Part shown: positions 29,425-39,528 of the stretch, piece after piece | Layout of the letters: every line of letters starts with the position of its first letter | Position numbering within the stretch: the stretch's first letter is position 1 | The notes under the pieces: model-generated | The model's database searches: none | The model's input: the letters and a program-made list of their open reading frames with translations, nothing else | Told to the model about the DNA's origin: nothing | Translations under genes and position numbers: made by a program | Assembly: GCA_963727715.1 (NCBI GenBank) | Contig: CAVSGX010000007.1 | Span: 36,688-100,687, forward strand | DNA from: an uncultured bacterium | Lineage (GTDB): Bacteria; Patescibacteriota; Minisyncoccia; Phycocordibacterales; DATDWN01 | Length of the DNA: 64,000 nt | Direction: 5' to 3'

Positions 29425-31329
29425 TTAAATAACCGGTACGAAAATCTTTGACAGCTCATAATTATCTGGCTTGCCAGAAACTAGATAATTCAAAAAATCT
29501 TTCAGAGGTGTTTCGGCCATACAAACCACTCTGTCGCCACCGCCATAATAGACAAACAGATTATCCCCTATCACCGTCGCGCCGGAAGCATAAACTATGC
29601 CGGGCTTGCCTTCGTTTTCATACCACATTTCCGGATACAAAATTGGGTGAGCCGAACGATACAAAATTTTTGTCGGATCTTTCAAATCCAAAATCATAGC
29701 GCCCAGTTTATATTTGCCGGTTTCTCTTTTGTCTATGGCATGGTAGAGCAAAAGCCAGCCGATGTCTGTTTTTATGGGCGGAGCGCCAGCGCCACGCAAA
29801 AGATTGTCCCAACTATTTTCACGGCCTGGTTGAGGGCCCTCCGCGCGCGGGCTGTCTATATATTTCTTGAAATTATCCAGATCATCAACATATTCAACCA
29901 TCACTTTGGGCACAATGCTGTGCAAAATAACAAACTTCCCATTAATTTTTTCTGGAAACAAGACCCAGTTTTTATTGACTTTACCCGGCGGAGAAATCAA
30001 AATTGGTTTTTTCCAATTCCACTTTCCCGCCCTGAAATCTTCCACACTGATGGAAGTCAAAGCGATGCGCACTGAACCCCAACCTTCAAAAGCCACGTAG
30101 AGCATATAAATTCGATCCCCTATTTTGACTACTTTCGGATCTTCGGAACCACCCCAGCCCCCGCCGGAAGTATAATACCCCGGATGATAATGCATCGGCT
30201 CCAAAGAAATTTTGCTGTGAGGTAAACCAAAACCAAAAGATGGTTCAAAAACCGGTTTGGTTAAAGTTCTGACAAAATGCAACCCATCTTTGCTACTGGC
30301 ATAACCGATGCGGGAAATGCCGTCGCCACCAATGGCTCTATAAAACATATGAACCATATTTTCGTCTTGGAAAACTCCGGGATTGAAAGTACCTTGGATT
30401 TCCCAATCCCGCCCCGGTCGTGGTTTGATGATTGGATTTTTTTCAAATTTTTTCAAAATTTTATATTGTTCGATTTCGACACTTTTGAACAATGACGGGA
30501 ATGTCCCCAAAATCAACTCGCCTTTGTCAGTTGTCCAATAAACGATAAACCTCTCTTTGAAATGAACAAAACCAACCGAATTTGCGCCACTGGATTTTTT
30601 CAGTTCGGCCACTCCTTGCCATAAAGGCGCCGGTGCTCGCCAAGTAATGTGTCGCGGATTGTTTTTATCAAACAAAACTCCCCCGACTTGAAACATTATT
30701 TCTAATTTCTTTTGAACTGAAACATCATACAAAAGCAATATCCCTTTTTCAGTAACAAGAGAGCCGATTATTGAAATTTTTTCCGAATCAAACATCCCCG
30801 GTCTAGATGTGAAGAGCAAAACCGATTCGTTTTTCCAATCGGCTGGCGTTTTGGATGATTGGTTTTTGACAAATAATCCGTCTCTATACAATTCAAATTG
30901 GTCGGATTGTTTGTCTTGGGCAACCACGGCCTGCTTGCAATCTCCAGCTGGCAGTTCAGAGATCACTTTCCATTCGTAAAAATCCTTGGAGTGAGCTAAA
31001 ACTATGATATTTCCGTTTGTTTTTTTTGATTTTGCCGAAACAGTTTTCTTGCCGACTCTGGTATAGGTCATAAGAAAACCATTATCAATGACCGAGATAG
31101 AAAAATTTTGACAATTTTTAATTTTTTCGTTTTTCTTTGGCGATATTTTCAGACTAACTTTTTTCTTGTCCGGTAAAAAATCAACTCCATTTTGGCTCCA
31201 TGAAAAATACAAAGACTGCGCGGTCAGAGTGTTGGTCCGATAAAGCATAGCCAAACGATCGGAAAGAGCCACCACGGCAAGCGGGATATCGGATTTTTTC
31301 TTTTTTTTGACAGATAACTTTTTGGGCAT
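29425..31329 (-). CDS. Tandem GH130-family protein, paralog of the upstream gene
   Basis: Same architecture (GTFNPGVFQDENMVHMFYRA...EDPKVVKIGDRIYMLY). Start moved to the internal Met to remove the overlap with the cupin gene. Confidence 0.6.
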   Translation of the reverse strand: MPKKLSVKKKKKSDIPLAVVALSDRLAMLYRTNTLTAQSLYFSWSQNGVDFLPDKKKVSLKISPKKNEKIKNCQNFSISVIDNGFLMTYTRVGKKTVSAKSKKTNGNIIVLAHSKDFYEWKVISELPAGDCKQAVVAQDKQSDQFELYRDGLFVKNQSSKTPADWKNESVLLFTSRPGMFDSEKISIIGSLVTEKGILLLYDVSVQKKLEIMFQVGGVLFDKNNPRHITWRAPAPLWQGVAELKKSSGANSVGFVHFKERFIVYWTTDKGELILGTFPSLFKSVEIEQYKILKKFEKNPIIKPRPGRDWEIQGTFNPGVFQDENMVHMFYRAIGGDGISRIGYASSKDGLHFVRTLTKPVFEPSFGFGLPHSKISLEPMHYHPGYYTSGGGWGGSEDPKVVKIGDRIYMLYVAFEGWGSVRIALTSISVEDFRAGKWNWKKPILISPPGKVNKNWVLFPEKINGKFVILHSIVPKVMVEYVDDLDNFKKYIDSPRAEGPQPGRENSWDNLLRGAGAPPIKTDIGWLLLYHAIDKRETGKYKLGAMILDLKDPTKILYRSAHPILYPEMWYENEGKPGIVYASGATVIGDNLFVYYGGGDRVVCMAETPLKDFLNYLVSGKPDNYELSKIFVPVI

Positions 31330-31333
31330 AATT

Positions 31334-31675
31334 TTAGACCCTATTATATTCATCTTCCAGCCGAACTTCGTCTTTTTCGTCAAAGTCGCCGGTTGATATT
31401 TCAAGAACAACCACATCATCTAGTGGCGCTGAAATGCGATGAGTTGTCTCCTTTTTTACAAGAATTTCATCTCCGACTTTATGATTATACGATTTTCCAT
31501 CCATAATAATTTCAGGATTACCGTTTATTATTTTCCAGAACTCATCGCGATGATGGTGTAATTGTAAACTCAAAGTCGCGCCTTTGTTTATATACAAAAG
31601 TTTGACAGTTGAAACTTCGCCACTCGTCAGCCATCTTTCCACTCCCCATGGCCTTTGATCGGTGAATAATTTCAT
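31334..31675 (-). CDS. Cupin-domain protein (mannose-6-phosphate isomerase type II C-terminal-like)
   Basis: WG.E......VK.L.I..G..LSLQ.HHHR.E.W cupin motif. Confidence 0.65.
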   Translation of the reverse strand: MKLFTDQRPWGVERWLTSGEVSTVKLLYINKGATLSLQLHHHRDEFWKIINGNPEIIMDGKSYNHKVGDEILVKKETTHRISAPLDDVVVLEISTGDFDEKDEVRLEDEYNRV

Positions 31676-31781
31676 CCATAAATTATATCATAAAGCGAAA
31701 AATGTGGTGCAACAAAATTGTTAATAAAAGCTTAAAACTTTATGACAAGCTCAAAAGGAGTGAAATCTTATAAATCCAGAA

Positions 31782-32525
31782 TTATAGTAAATTTAACAAG
31801 ACTTTTTCGGCTTCAATTGGACTTGAAACAGTGATGCATTGCACACCGGTTTCCTTGGCCGCCGAGTCGTTTCCACCCGGAAAAAGGGCATCACCAAGAA
31901 AAACAATGTCTTTTTTGTCGGCCGGCAGAAATTGTTCTATTTTTTTGATGGCATAGGCTTTGTCAATGCCTTTATGGGTTACATCAATGGAAGTGGCCCC
32001 GCCGATTTTTATCTCAAATTCCGGGATTTCTTTTTGCAAAACAGCCACGATCTTTCGACGTTTAGTTTGGTCTGGATCCCATTTTTCTTTGACCGTAAGT
32101 GGAGCATCCTGCCCTCGTCCGGAAAAAGTGATCTGCCCTCCGCGATCTTCCAGAAGTTCGCCATACGGACCGGAGACATCCACACCGGATTCGGCAATGG
32201 CTTTTTCAAAAGCTTCGGAAATTTTTTCTTTTTCTTCAGCCGTCATTTTTTCGTCGTAAATCTGCCAAGCGTTTTCCAAATTGTCATAGCGGTAGCAAGC
32301 CGTGCCGTTGGCCGGAAATAAAAAAAGATTTTGCAAAACTTTTCCCCCGCAAGAAAGATGCGACAAAAATTGATTTTGAAATTGCTTGTACGAGGCGCCG
32401 GAAATAACCGCCATTTTGTGTTTTTTCAAAACTTTGCACAACACCTCAGCCATTCTCGGTTCCAAATCCGACTTGCTTGGCGTCAGCGTGCCATCAAGAT
32501 CGCAAACGATTATTTTTGAATTCAT
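31782..32525 (-). CDS. HAD-IIB family hydrolase (eukaryotic-type phosphomannomutase-like)
   Basis: DLDGTL motif 1 at the N-terminus. HAD cap and core blocks. Confidence 0.65.
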   Translation of the reverse strand: MNSKIIVCDLDGTLTPSKSDLEPRMAEVLCKVLKKHKMAVISGASYKQFQNQFLSHLSCGGKVLQNLFLFPANGTACYRYDNLENAWQIYDEKMTAEEKEKISEAFEKAIAESGVDVSGPYGELLEDRGGQITFSGRGQDAPLTVKEKWDPDQTKRRKIVAVLQKEIPEFEIKIGGATSIDVTHKGIDKAYAIKKIEQFLPADKKDIVFLGDALFPGGNDSAAKETGVQCITVSSPIEAEKVLLNLL

Positions 32526-33040
32526 GGTTTTATTTTTATATCTTCCAAACACTTATTAATTTCTTTCATGGAATTTAATTCCATAACTTTGTTTTTGTGG
32601 GGTTGTAATAATTTATGTAATGGGATGTGATAACCGCCGTATCCTTTTTTATATCTCTTATTAGTAACATGTTTGAGTAGATCCCACCAGCCAATAATAC
32701 CCTCGTTTTTTCTGGTCAAGCTACGTTTTGTTAGAAAATAATATTGATGGATTATATTTTTAAATTGTAAAAAATAAATTATATCGGCTTTTTCCAACCC
32801 TTCAAGGATGAGCCGTCGTGTGGTACCTTCTATAATCCACTTGTCTTGCTGATATATTTCTGACACTTTCTTAACACTTTCTTCTCTGTTATTTGCCTCG
32901 GTGAATTTTACCTTCCAAAAAAAATCATCAGTTGAATGGTGTGGGATTCTGGTTTTTTGCGAAAGTTTTTCGGCAAATGTGCTTTTGCCACGGCCAGCGT
33001 CACCCAATATTAAAATTCTTTTGTAATTATAACCAATCAT
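32522..33040 (-). CDS. P-loop NTPase (adenylate-kinase-like / topology modulation protein-like)
   Basis: Walker A GDAGRGKST at the N-terminus. Confidence 0.55.
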   Translation of the reverse strand: MIGYNYKRILILGDAGRGKSTFAEKLSQKTRIPHHSTDDFFWKVKFTEANNREESVKKVSEIYQQDKWIIEGTTRRLILEGLEKADIIYFLQFKNIIHQYYFLTKRSLTRKNEGIIGWWDLLKHVTNKRYKKGYGGYHIPLHKLLQPHKNKVMELNSMKEINKCLEDIKIKP

Positions 33041-33042
33041 TT

Positions 33043-34269
33043 TTATTTATAATCCACACCAACAGCTTCGGATATGTTTCGAAAGCCGTCACGGCGCAGA
33101 AGTTTGGCGAGACCGAGGTTGATTTCGGAAATTAGTTGCGGGCCTTCAAAAATCATTCCAGTGATGAGTTCAACAAGTGTTGCGCCGGCCCGGATTTTTT
33201 TGTAAGCGTCCTTGGCGCTAAAAACTCCGCCACAACCAATGATGATAAATTTTTTGCCTTCCCTTTTGTAAATGTGCGAGATGAGTGCGTTGGATAGATT
33301 TTCAGTTGGTTTGCCGGAAACACCACCAACCGGCGGCAAAGGTTCGACAACTAATGGATTGTCTTTTTTCTTGGTCAGATTGCCACAAACAATACCATCC
33401 ACGCGGTGTCTTTTCAAAACATCCAAAACTACATCAACTTCGCTAAAACTAACATCCGGAGAAATTTTGACGAAAATCGGTTTGGTTGTGGCCAATTTAT
33501 CAAGCTCTGTCAAAAGCAGATCAAGTTTTTCCGGTTGCATAAAGGGTCTCTGACCCTTTGTTTCATCTTCGCTCGGACGATGTGAACAAGTATTCTTGTT
33601 CACCCGATCCTCGCTAGCTGAAATAAATGGCTGACCACCTTCGGCGTTCGGGCAACTGATATTTACAATAAAAAGTTGGCCGACATCCGAGAGTGTTGAA
33701 AAAGATTTGGCATAATCAGCCACAGCTGTTTTCGTATCCAAGTTGGCCGAACAGTTGGTCATGGCGATATTTGTGCCAAACGGCATTTTTATTTTTCCAC
33801 CGACGATTTGTTTGCGCAGTCGCGATGCGATTTCAGTTACGCCGTCGTTTTTCAAACCGTAATAAACAACAAGCCCGCGCGATTTTGGCAGACGCCAAAG
33901 CCGAGGCTTAGGATTGCCGAGGCAAGACTTTGCTGTGATTGAACCAACTTCACTGAAACCAAAACCGACCTCCGGCAAGATTTGCAGAAGCTTTGCATCC
34001 TTATCAAAACCGGCAGCTAGGCCAATTGGATTTTTGAAATAAACACCGGCCACATTTTGTTCCAGTATTTTGTCTGAAAAACCAAACCAAACTTGCGTTT
34101 TCCAACGTAAAAGTGAATAGTCGCCCAAAAATTTCCCGCAGGCGACGAACCAATCATGCACATCTTCCGGATCCATCAAAAACAAAATCGGCTTCAAAAA
34201 AAACTTGTACAAAAAACCGATAACGGCGTTGCGTCCATTAATAATAGAGTTTTTCAATCTGAAATTCAT
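33043..34269 (-). CDS. pyrD: Dihydroorotate dehydrogenase (quinone-type, class 2)
   Basis: GLAAGFDKDAKLL...GFGFSEVGSIT...NPKPRLWRL and NISCPN motifs. N-terminal membrane-association segment. Confidence 0.8.
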   Translation of the reverse strand: MNFRLKNSIINGRNAVIGFLYKFFLKPILFLMDPEDVHDWFVACGKFLGDYSLLRWKTQVWFGFSDKILEQNVAGVYFKNPIGLAAGFDKDAKLLQILPEVGFGFSEVGSITAKSCLGNPKPRLWRLPKSRGLVVYYGLKNDGVTEIASRLRKQIVGGKIKMPFGTNIAMTNCSANLDTKTAVADYAKSFSTLSDVGQLFIVNISCPNAEGGQPFISASEDRVNKNTCSHRPSEDETKGQRPFMQPEKLDLLLTELDKLATTKPIFVKISPDVSFSEVDVVLDVLKRHRVDGIVCGNLTKKKDNPLVVEPLPPVGGVSGKPTENLSNALISHIYKREGKKFIIIGCGGVFSAKDAYKKIRAGATLVELITGMIFEGPQLISEINLGLAKLLRRDGFRNISEAVGVDYK

Positions 34270-34346
34270 ACGAAAAATATAGCACAAAATAACGAAATTA
34301 AAAACCGCGATTGCTTGCAATTTTTAATTTTTGAATTAGTTGTGAA

Positions 34347-34760
34347 TTACTGTCCCACCATTGCCCTTGTCGTCGTGCCGAAGCCGGCTGGACGGATTTG
34401 GATGGAATTGGCGCTTTCGCTACCATCGGAATTGGCCGTGCCAGTAACCATAATATTAATTCCGGTTTTCAAATCGGAAACAGAACCGGAAACGGTTTTT
34501 GTAACCGGAGTTGACGGTGTGAAGAAAATAATTTGCGAACCGCCGGCTGGCAAACTGATGGTCAAACTGTTTGTGTCAACCGAAACCACTTGGCCTGTTA
34601 CTGCCCCACCGGCTCGAGTGCCTCCCACTCCACGAGCAAAGCTGGCTCTGGCCGCCGTAGCTGCGGCTGTGGCGCTACTTTTGCCGGCTTGCATACCGAA
34701 ATAATACGCTCCACCGGCAACAATTATTAAAACTATAACTGCAATGATTTTATTTTTCAT
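34347..34760 (-). CDS. Secreted/membrane-anchored beta-rich protein, paralog family also seen at 51678-52487
   Basis: N-terminal TM. Thr/Gly/Ser-rich repeats. Last gene of the efflux operon. Confidence 0.45.
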   Translation of the reverse strand: MKNKIIAVIVLIIVAGGAYYFGMQAGKSSATAAATAARASFARGVGGTRAGGAVTGQVVSVDTNSLTISLPAGGSQIIFFTPSTPVTKTVSGSVSDLKTGINIMVTGTANSDGSESANSIQIRPAGFGTTTRAMVGQ

Positions 34761-34837
34761 ATATTGATGATTAATGAGTAAGGTGTAAAAAGTAAAAACA
34801 CAAATTTTTTTACTTCTTACATCTTACTCTTTACTTA

Positions 34838-36119
34838 TTATTCGTATCTCAATGCTTCAATTGGATTCAATTTGGCTGCCCGCCGAGCCGGATAATATCC
34901 GAAAATAATGCCGATAGCTGCCGACACACCGAAAGCTAAAAAAACCGGTATAAGAGATATTTGAGTTTGCAAAATCCCGAAAATGGACATACCAAAAGCT
35001 ATGGCCCACCCGAGTATTACACCGATGACCCCGCCGATAAAAGTCAGCATAACCGACTCAACCAAAAATTGAATGGTGATGTCACGACTTTTGGCGCCGA
35101 TGGCTTTGCGCAAACCGATTTCTTTTGTTCTTTCAGTGACAGTGGTTAACATCATATTCATAATGCCGATACCTCCGACCAAAAGCGAAATGCCGGCTAC
35201 TGCCGCGAGAAGAATGGTGAATGTGTTTGCCACGCTGGATGCTGTAGCTACAATGTCAGCCTGATTTAACGTGCTGAAATCGGCCAAAGTTGGATTGCTG
35301 ATATTGTGTCGAGCTAAGAAGAAGCGAGGTGATTTGATTTTGAACGTCAGTCATATCGCCCGAATTGTCAGCCTCAACACTGATGGTCGTGACATATTGA
35401 TTACCGACCAAAAATCTCTGGGCGGAAGAAATCGGAATAAAAATCATATCATCTTGACTTCCAAAACCATTACCACCTTTGGCCACCGTTTCGCCAATAA
35501 TTTTGAATTGAATGCCTTTGATTACAATAATTTGTCCGACCGGATCGTTTGTGCTGAACAAATCAGTTGCTACGGTTGGACCGATGATTGCCACCTTGGA
35601 CATATCGGTTACATTTTCATCACTGACGAAAGATCCTTCACTGACAGCGACATTGCGCACTTGCGGATAAGACGATGTCACGCCGACGACCGAAACATTC
35701 GTATTCTGTCCTGAAGCGGTCACTTGGTAGCGACCAGAAACTTCCGGAGCAACAGCTTTGGCTGTGGTAACTTGTGTGGCAATAGCGTCGGCATCAGCTA
35801 AAGTTAGTGATTTGGCCGAACCACGACCGGCAGAAACGGCAGTGCCCGGTCCGCGTGCGGCTCCAGGCTCAACCAGAACCAAATTGGAACCGATTGATTG
35901 AATGCTGGATTGAATCGAACCCTGAGACCCTTCTCCGATAGCCACCATGGCAATAACCGAACCGACGCCGATAACAATACCAAGCATGGTTAGTCCGGAG
36001 CGAACCTTGTTGGCCGACAGGGCCACGTATGTTTCTTCAAAAATATCTTTGGTTTTCATTTTATTTTTCCATATGGTGTTTAATCTGCCTCTTTTTGTGA
36101 CTTTTGCTGTCACTGACAA
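34838..36119 (-). pseudogene. MacB-like ABC transporter permease (FtsX domain), split by one frameshift near 35290-35320
   Basis: ORF 35256-36119 is the N-terminal TM plus periplasmic domain. ORF 34838-35287 is the FtsX four-TM domain. The paralogs at 54953 and 56255 are intact and ~420 aa. Could be a sequencing indel. Confidence 0.7.
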
Positions 36120-36777
36120 TCAACCCATCGCGAATGTGGATGATGCGATCGGCATACTCGGCGATGTCCGCCTCGTGAGTAATCAAGATAATAGTGCGTC
36201 CAAGTTCGCGGTTCAGTTTCTGAAATGTACCGATAACAATTTCGCCGGTTTTGGTGTCTAAGTTTCCGGTCGGTTCGTCGGCCAGAATTAGTGTTGGGTT
36301 GTTGACTAATGCCCTGGCAATGGCCACACGCTGAATTTGTCCGCCGGAAAGCTGGTTGGATTTGTGAAAGAAATGACTCTCGTCAAATCCAGCTGAAGCC
36401 AGAGCTTCCCGAGCGCGTTTTTCTCTTTCCTTTTCTTCCACACCTTCATAAATCAACGGCAACATCACATTTCGCAAAACGGTTGTGCGTGGCAAAAGGT
36501 TGAACGACTGAAAAACGAAACCGATTTTGTCTTTGCGAATGTCGGCCAATTCATCGTCGGAAAATTTGGAAACATCTTTACCGTCCAAAAAATATTTTCC
36601 TGAAGTCGGCGTGTCCAGAGCGCCGAGAATGTGCATCAAGGTTGATTTGCCGGAGCCGGACGGGCCCATAATAGCTAAAAATTCACCGTCTTCAATGACA
36701 AAGCTAACGCCGGCCAAAGCTTTCAGGGAAACATCCCCAGTTTGATATACTTTTGTGACATTTTTGACTTCAATCAT
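36061..36777 (-). CDS. ABC transporter ATP-binding protein (MacB/LolD-type)
   Basis: Walker [10 protein letters not shown]. Signature LSGGQIQR. Walker [12 protein letters not shown]. Confidence 0.9.
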   Translation of the reverse strand: MIEVKNVTKVYQTGDVSLKALAGVSFVIEDGEFLAIMGPSGSGKSTLMHILGALDTPTSGKYFLDGKDVSKFSDDELADIRKDKIGFVFQSFNLLPRTTVLRNVMLPLIYEGVEEKEREKRAREALASAGFDESHFFHKSNQLSGGQIQRVAIARALVNNPTLILADEPTGNLDTKTGEIVIGTFQKLNRELGRTIILITHEADIAEYADRIIHIRDGLIVSDSKSHKKRQIKHHMEK

Positions 36778-36797
36778 GATTGATTTTATTTTTAGCT

Positions 36798-38567
36798 TTA
36801 TCTGCCCAATGCTCTGGCCCCGCCAAACCCGCCACCACCGCCAAGCAAAGATGGGGTGGCTGAAGTGGTGGTTGTCTTGGTCGTACCACTGATAGTGCGT
36901 GTCACAACTTGATCACCAGCTTTAAGTCCAGAAGTGATTTCAGTGTTCGTCCCGTCTGACAAGCCTGTTGTGACAATCTGACTTGTTGGAGGAATTTTAG
37001 AAATGGCACCGGTGGTTGAATTGCTGCTTACAAGTGGTGGATTGAAAACTTGAACGTAAGAAACATTGCCTTGGGTCTTGACTGCGCTGGAAGGAACAGT
37101 GACAACATTCTGATCAATAGCTGTAACGATAGCAGCATTGACGCTCATGCCAGATTTGATTCTTGAATCTTGGGTATCAAAACCGATTTTGACATTGTAT
37201 GTCACAACGCCTTGAGAAACTGTGCCGACAGTATCAACTTCGTCCACCACACCAGCAATGGTCAAATTTGGGATGGCATCAAAAGTCAGTGTCACCTTTT
37301 GACCATTTTGCACCTTTGCCGCGTCAACTTCATTTAGAGAAACCTCTGCAATTTTTTGTTGGGTGATAAAAGTGGCAACTGATGTACCAGAACTGGCAGA
37401 TTGTCCAATTTGAACATTAACTTTGGCCACCGTGCCGTCGTACGGAGCGTAAACATAGTAGTTGGCTAGATTATCCTTGGCATCGGTCAGAGCATTTTGA
37501 GCTTTGGTTATGGAAAGTTGACTGGACTCTACATCGATCGGATCGGCTCCAGATTGGAGTTTCGCCAAAGAATCAATTTGTTCTTGTAGAGCATATTTAG
37601 ATGAAGTAATTGCATTTTTGTCACTGAGCAATGTGACTACGTGCCCACTGGTTTGGCTGGTGTAAGTGGCTAAAGAGGTCAAATGAGTATTTAAAATGGT
37701 TGGAATATTTTGATCATTGATTGTTAATTGATTTTTAACAAAACTTAAAAAATCATTAGTGCTTTTAACCGCTTCGGCCACTGCTTTGCTAGTGTTATAA
37801 CTGTCGCCGACTAATTGTTCAATGGTTGAAGTGGAAGAAAACCTATTGGCTGATTGGAATTCCAAAAGATTCTGGTTGTAATTATTGAGCGCTGTTTGAT
37901 AAGCAGAGATAGCAGCGTTTTGAAAAACAGTTGTGGTTGTGCTGTACTTGAAAACCATATCAGTATAGGCCGAGTTGTTGGCTTGACCGCCGGAATGACT
38001 GACTTCGGTGCCATATAAAACATCATTGAGACCGGTCATAACAGATGGCAAATCCAAAAAAGTATTGGAAACATCATTAAACCCATCATCATAAGATTTG
38101 GAAAGATTGGTTTGAGCTGATGCCAGAGTATCTTCTGCTTGGGTCAATGAAAGAGTATCAGCTGGCTCGGTCAGTTTTTGGTAAGACAGTTGAGCCGACT
38201 GCAGATTGGCCTCGGCATCACGAACGGCTTTTTCGGCTGTGGTTGTGTCAAGCTCGGCGATTAGTGTGCCAGCTCTGACCACTTGACCATCCGTAACTCC
38301 AATATAAACAACTTTGCCGGAAGCCTGTGGAGAAAGGTCAAGTTGGTTGGAGGTGGAGACTTGGCCTGTGCCAGTGACCGATGAGATAACACTGCCCAGT
38401 GTTGCGGTAGCTGTCACATAACTCGGATCACCAGAAGTGGAAAATATGGCGGAAATTCCGAAGTAACCGGCAATAACGATAATTATAACAACCACACTGC
38501 TTATCCAGATATGCGATTTGGCGTAAGTTTTGACTTTTTGATAATTGATTGCAATTTTATTTTTCAT
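36798..38567 (-). CDS. HlyD/MacA-family periplasmic adaptor (membrane fusion protein)
   Basis: N-terminal TM, long coiled-coil, beta-barrel and lipoyl-like domains. Confidence 0.8.
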   Translation of the reverse strand: MKNKIAINYQKVKTYAKSHIWISSVVVIIIVIAGYFGISAIFSTSGDPSYVTATATLGSVISSVTGTGQVSTSNQLDLSPQASGKVVYIGVTDGQVVRAGTLIAELDTTTAEKAVRDAEANLQSAQLSYQKLTEPADTLSLTQAEDTLASAQTNLSKSYDDGFNDVSNTFLDLPSVMTGLNDVLYGTEVSHSGGQANNSAYTDMVFKYSTTTTVFQNAAISAYQTALNNYNQNLLEFQSANRFSSTSTIEQLVGDSYNTSKAVAEAVKSTNDFLSFVKNQLTINDQNIPTILNTHLTSLATYTSQTSGHVVTLLSDKNAITSSKYALQEQIDSLAKLQSGADPIDVESSQLSITKAQNALTDAKDNLANYYVYAPYDGTVAKVNVQIGQSASSGTSVATFITQQKIAEVSLNEVDAAKVQNGQKVTLTFDAIPNLTIAGVVDEVDTVGTVSQGVVTYNVKIGFDTQDSRIKSGMSVNAAIVTAIDQNVVTVPSSAVKTQGNVSYVQVFNPPLVSSNSTTGAISKIPPTSQIVTTGLSDGTNTEITSGLKAGDQVVTRTISGTTKTTTTSATPSLLGGGGGFGGARALGR

Positions 38568-38570
38568 ATT

Positions 38571-39074
38571 TTATTTTGTTATCATTTGCTCCGCAGCAGA
38601 TTCAGTTGGTGTATCGGAAGCTTCCTGGAAATTCGGTGGTGGTGGCATAATTCGCACCAATTTAGCTTCGATTTGGCCCTTGTTGTTCGGTTCTCCGATA
38701 ACTACCACAAAATCATCAGTTTTTAAATCTCCAGCTGAGATAGTATCTCGCATCTTTCTGAAAATAGTGCTGGTAGAAACAACTATGGTTTCTTCAACCG
38801 AATTCTGCCCTTCAATAATTATTTGAGGCAAATTAATTTTCAAAATATCACCCGAAGCTCCATAAGCGCCGGTAAATTCCGAGCCGGGTTGAATCGGTCC
38901 ACGTGCGCCAAAAATACTGTGATATTCATCACCCAGTCTGTAAGAAAACGAGGCTTTGTAGTAACCAACTTCCATACCGGCCTGAAAAATCAGTCCGGCT
39001 ATGATGACCGCGCTAAGGCCCCACAGAATTCGTTCAAATGTTTTGTTTTGGAGAAAATTTTTTTGTTGATCCAT
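38571..39074 (-). CDS. Hypothetical membrane-anchored protein
   Basis: ORF in the ECF operon. No recognisable domain. Confidence 0.4.
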   Translation of the reverse strand: MDQQKNFLQNKTFERILWGLSAVIIAGLIFQAGMEVGYYKASFSYRLGDEYHSIFGARGPIQPGSEFTGAYGASGDILKINLPQIIIEGQNSVEETIVVSTSTIFRKMRDTISAGDLKTDDFVVVIGEPNNKGQIEAKLVRIMPPPPNFQEASDTPTESAAEQMITK

Positions 39075-39083
39075 ATTAATTTA

Positions 39084-39500
39084 TTAGATAGTTTGTAATT
39101 GAGAAGATTGAAAAGAAAAAGCTGACTTGTTTTTCAACAAGAATTTTAGAGACAACATTACCGCCAAAACGCAAACAAGCGACACAATCATCTCTGGTAT
39201 TGAAAAAGATTCCAAAAGGGACAAACTGAACTGTTGCCAGTATGACAGAACAGTTCCACCATCGGAAAACATTAAAGAAACAAATTTCCAAAATCCGGAT
39301 TGGGCCAAATTGATCATAAGAATAGAAACAGCCGTTGCGGTCGCGCCGAAAGAAACCACAAACGAAAGTCCGGCCACAAAAAATCTTTTTCGAACAGCCT
39401 TTTTTTGTTCTGTGTTCAAACGCAAAAGTATGGCTCTGTGTAGCCCTTCTGGGGTGGGACGGTTTTCTAGATTGTTTAGAAGTTTTTGATAGTTATCCAT
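39084..39500 (-). CDS. Putative anti-sigma factor (single-TM protein immediately downstream of the ECF sigma)
   Basis: Position and topology only. Confidence 0.4.
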   Translation of the reverse strand: MDNYQKLLNNLENRPTPEGLHRAILLRLNTEQKKAVRKRFFVAGLSFVVSFGATATAVSILMINLAQSGFWKFVSLMFSDGGTVLSYWQQFSLSLLESFSIPEMIVSLVCVLAVMLSLKFLLKNKSAFSFQSSQLQTI

Positions 39501-39528
39501 ACGCTTTAATTACGAATTAATTTGTAAT

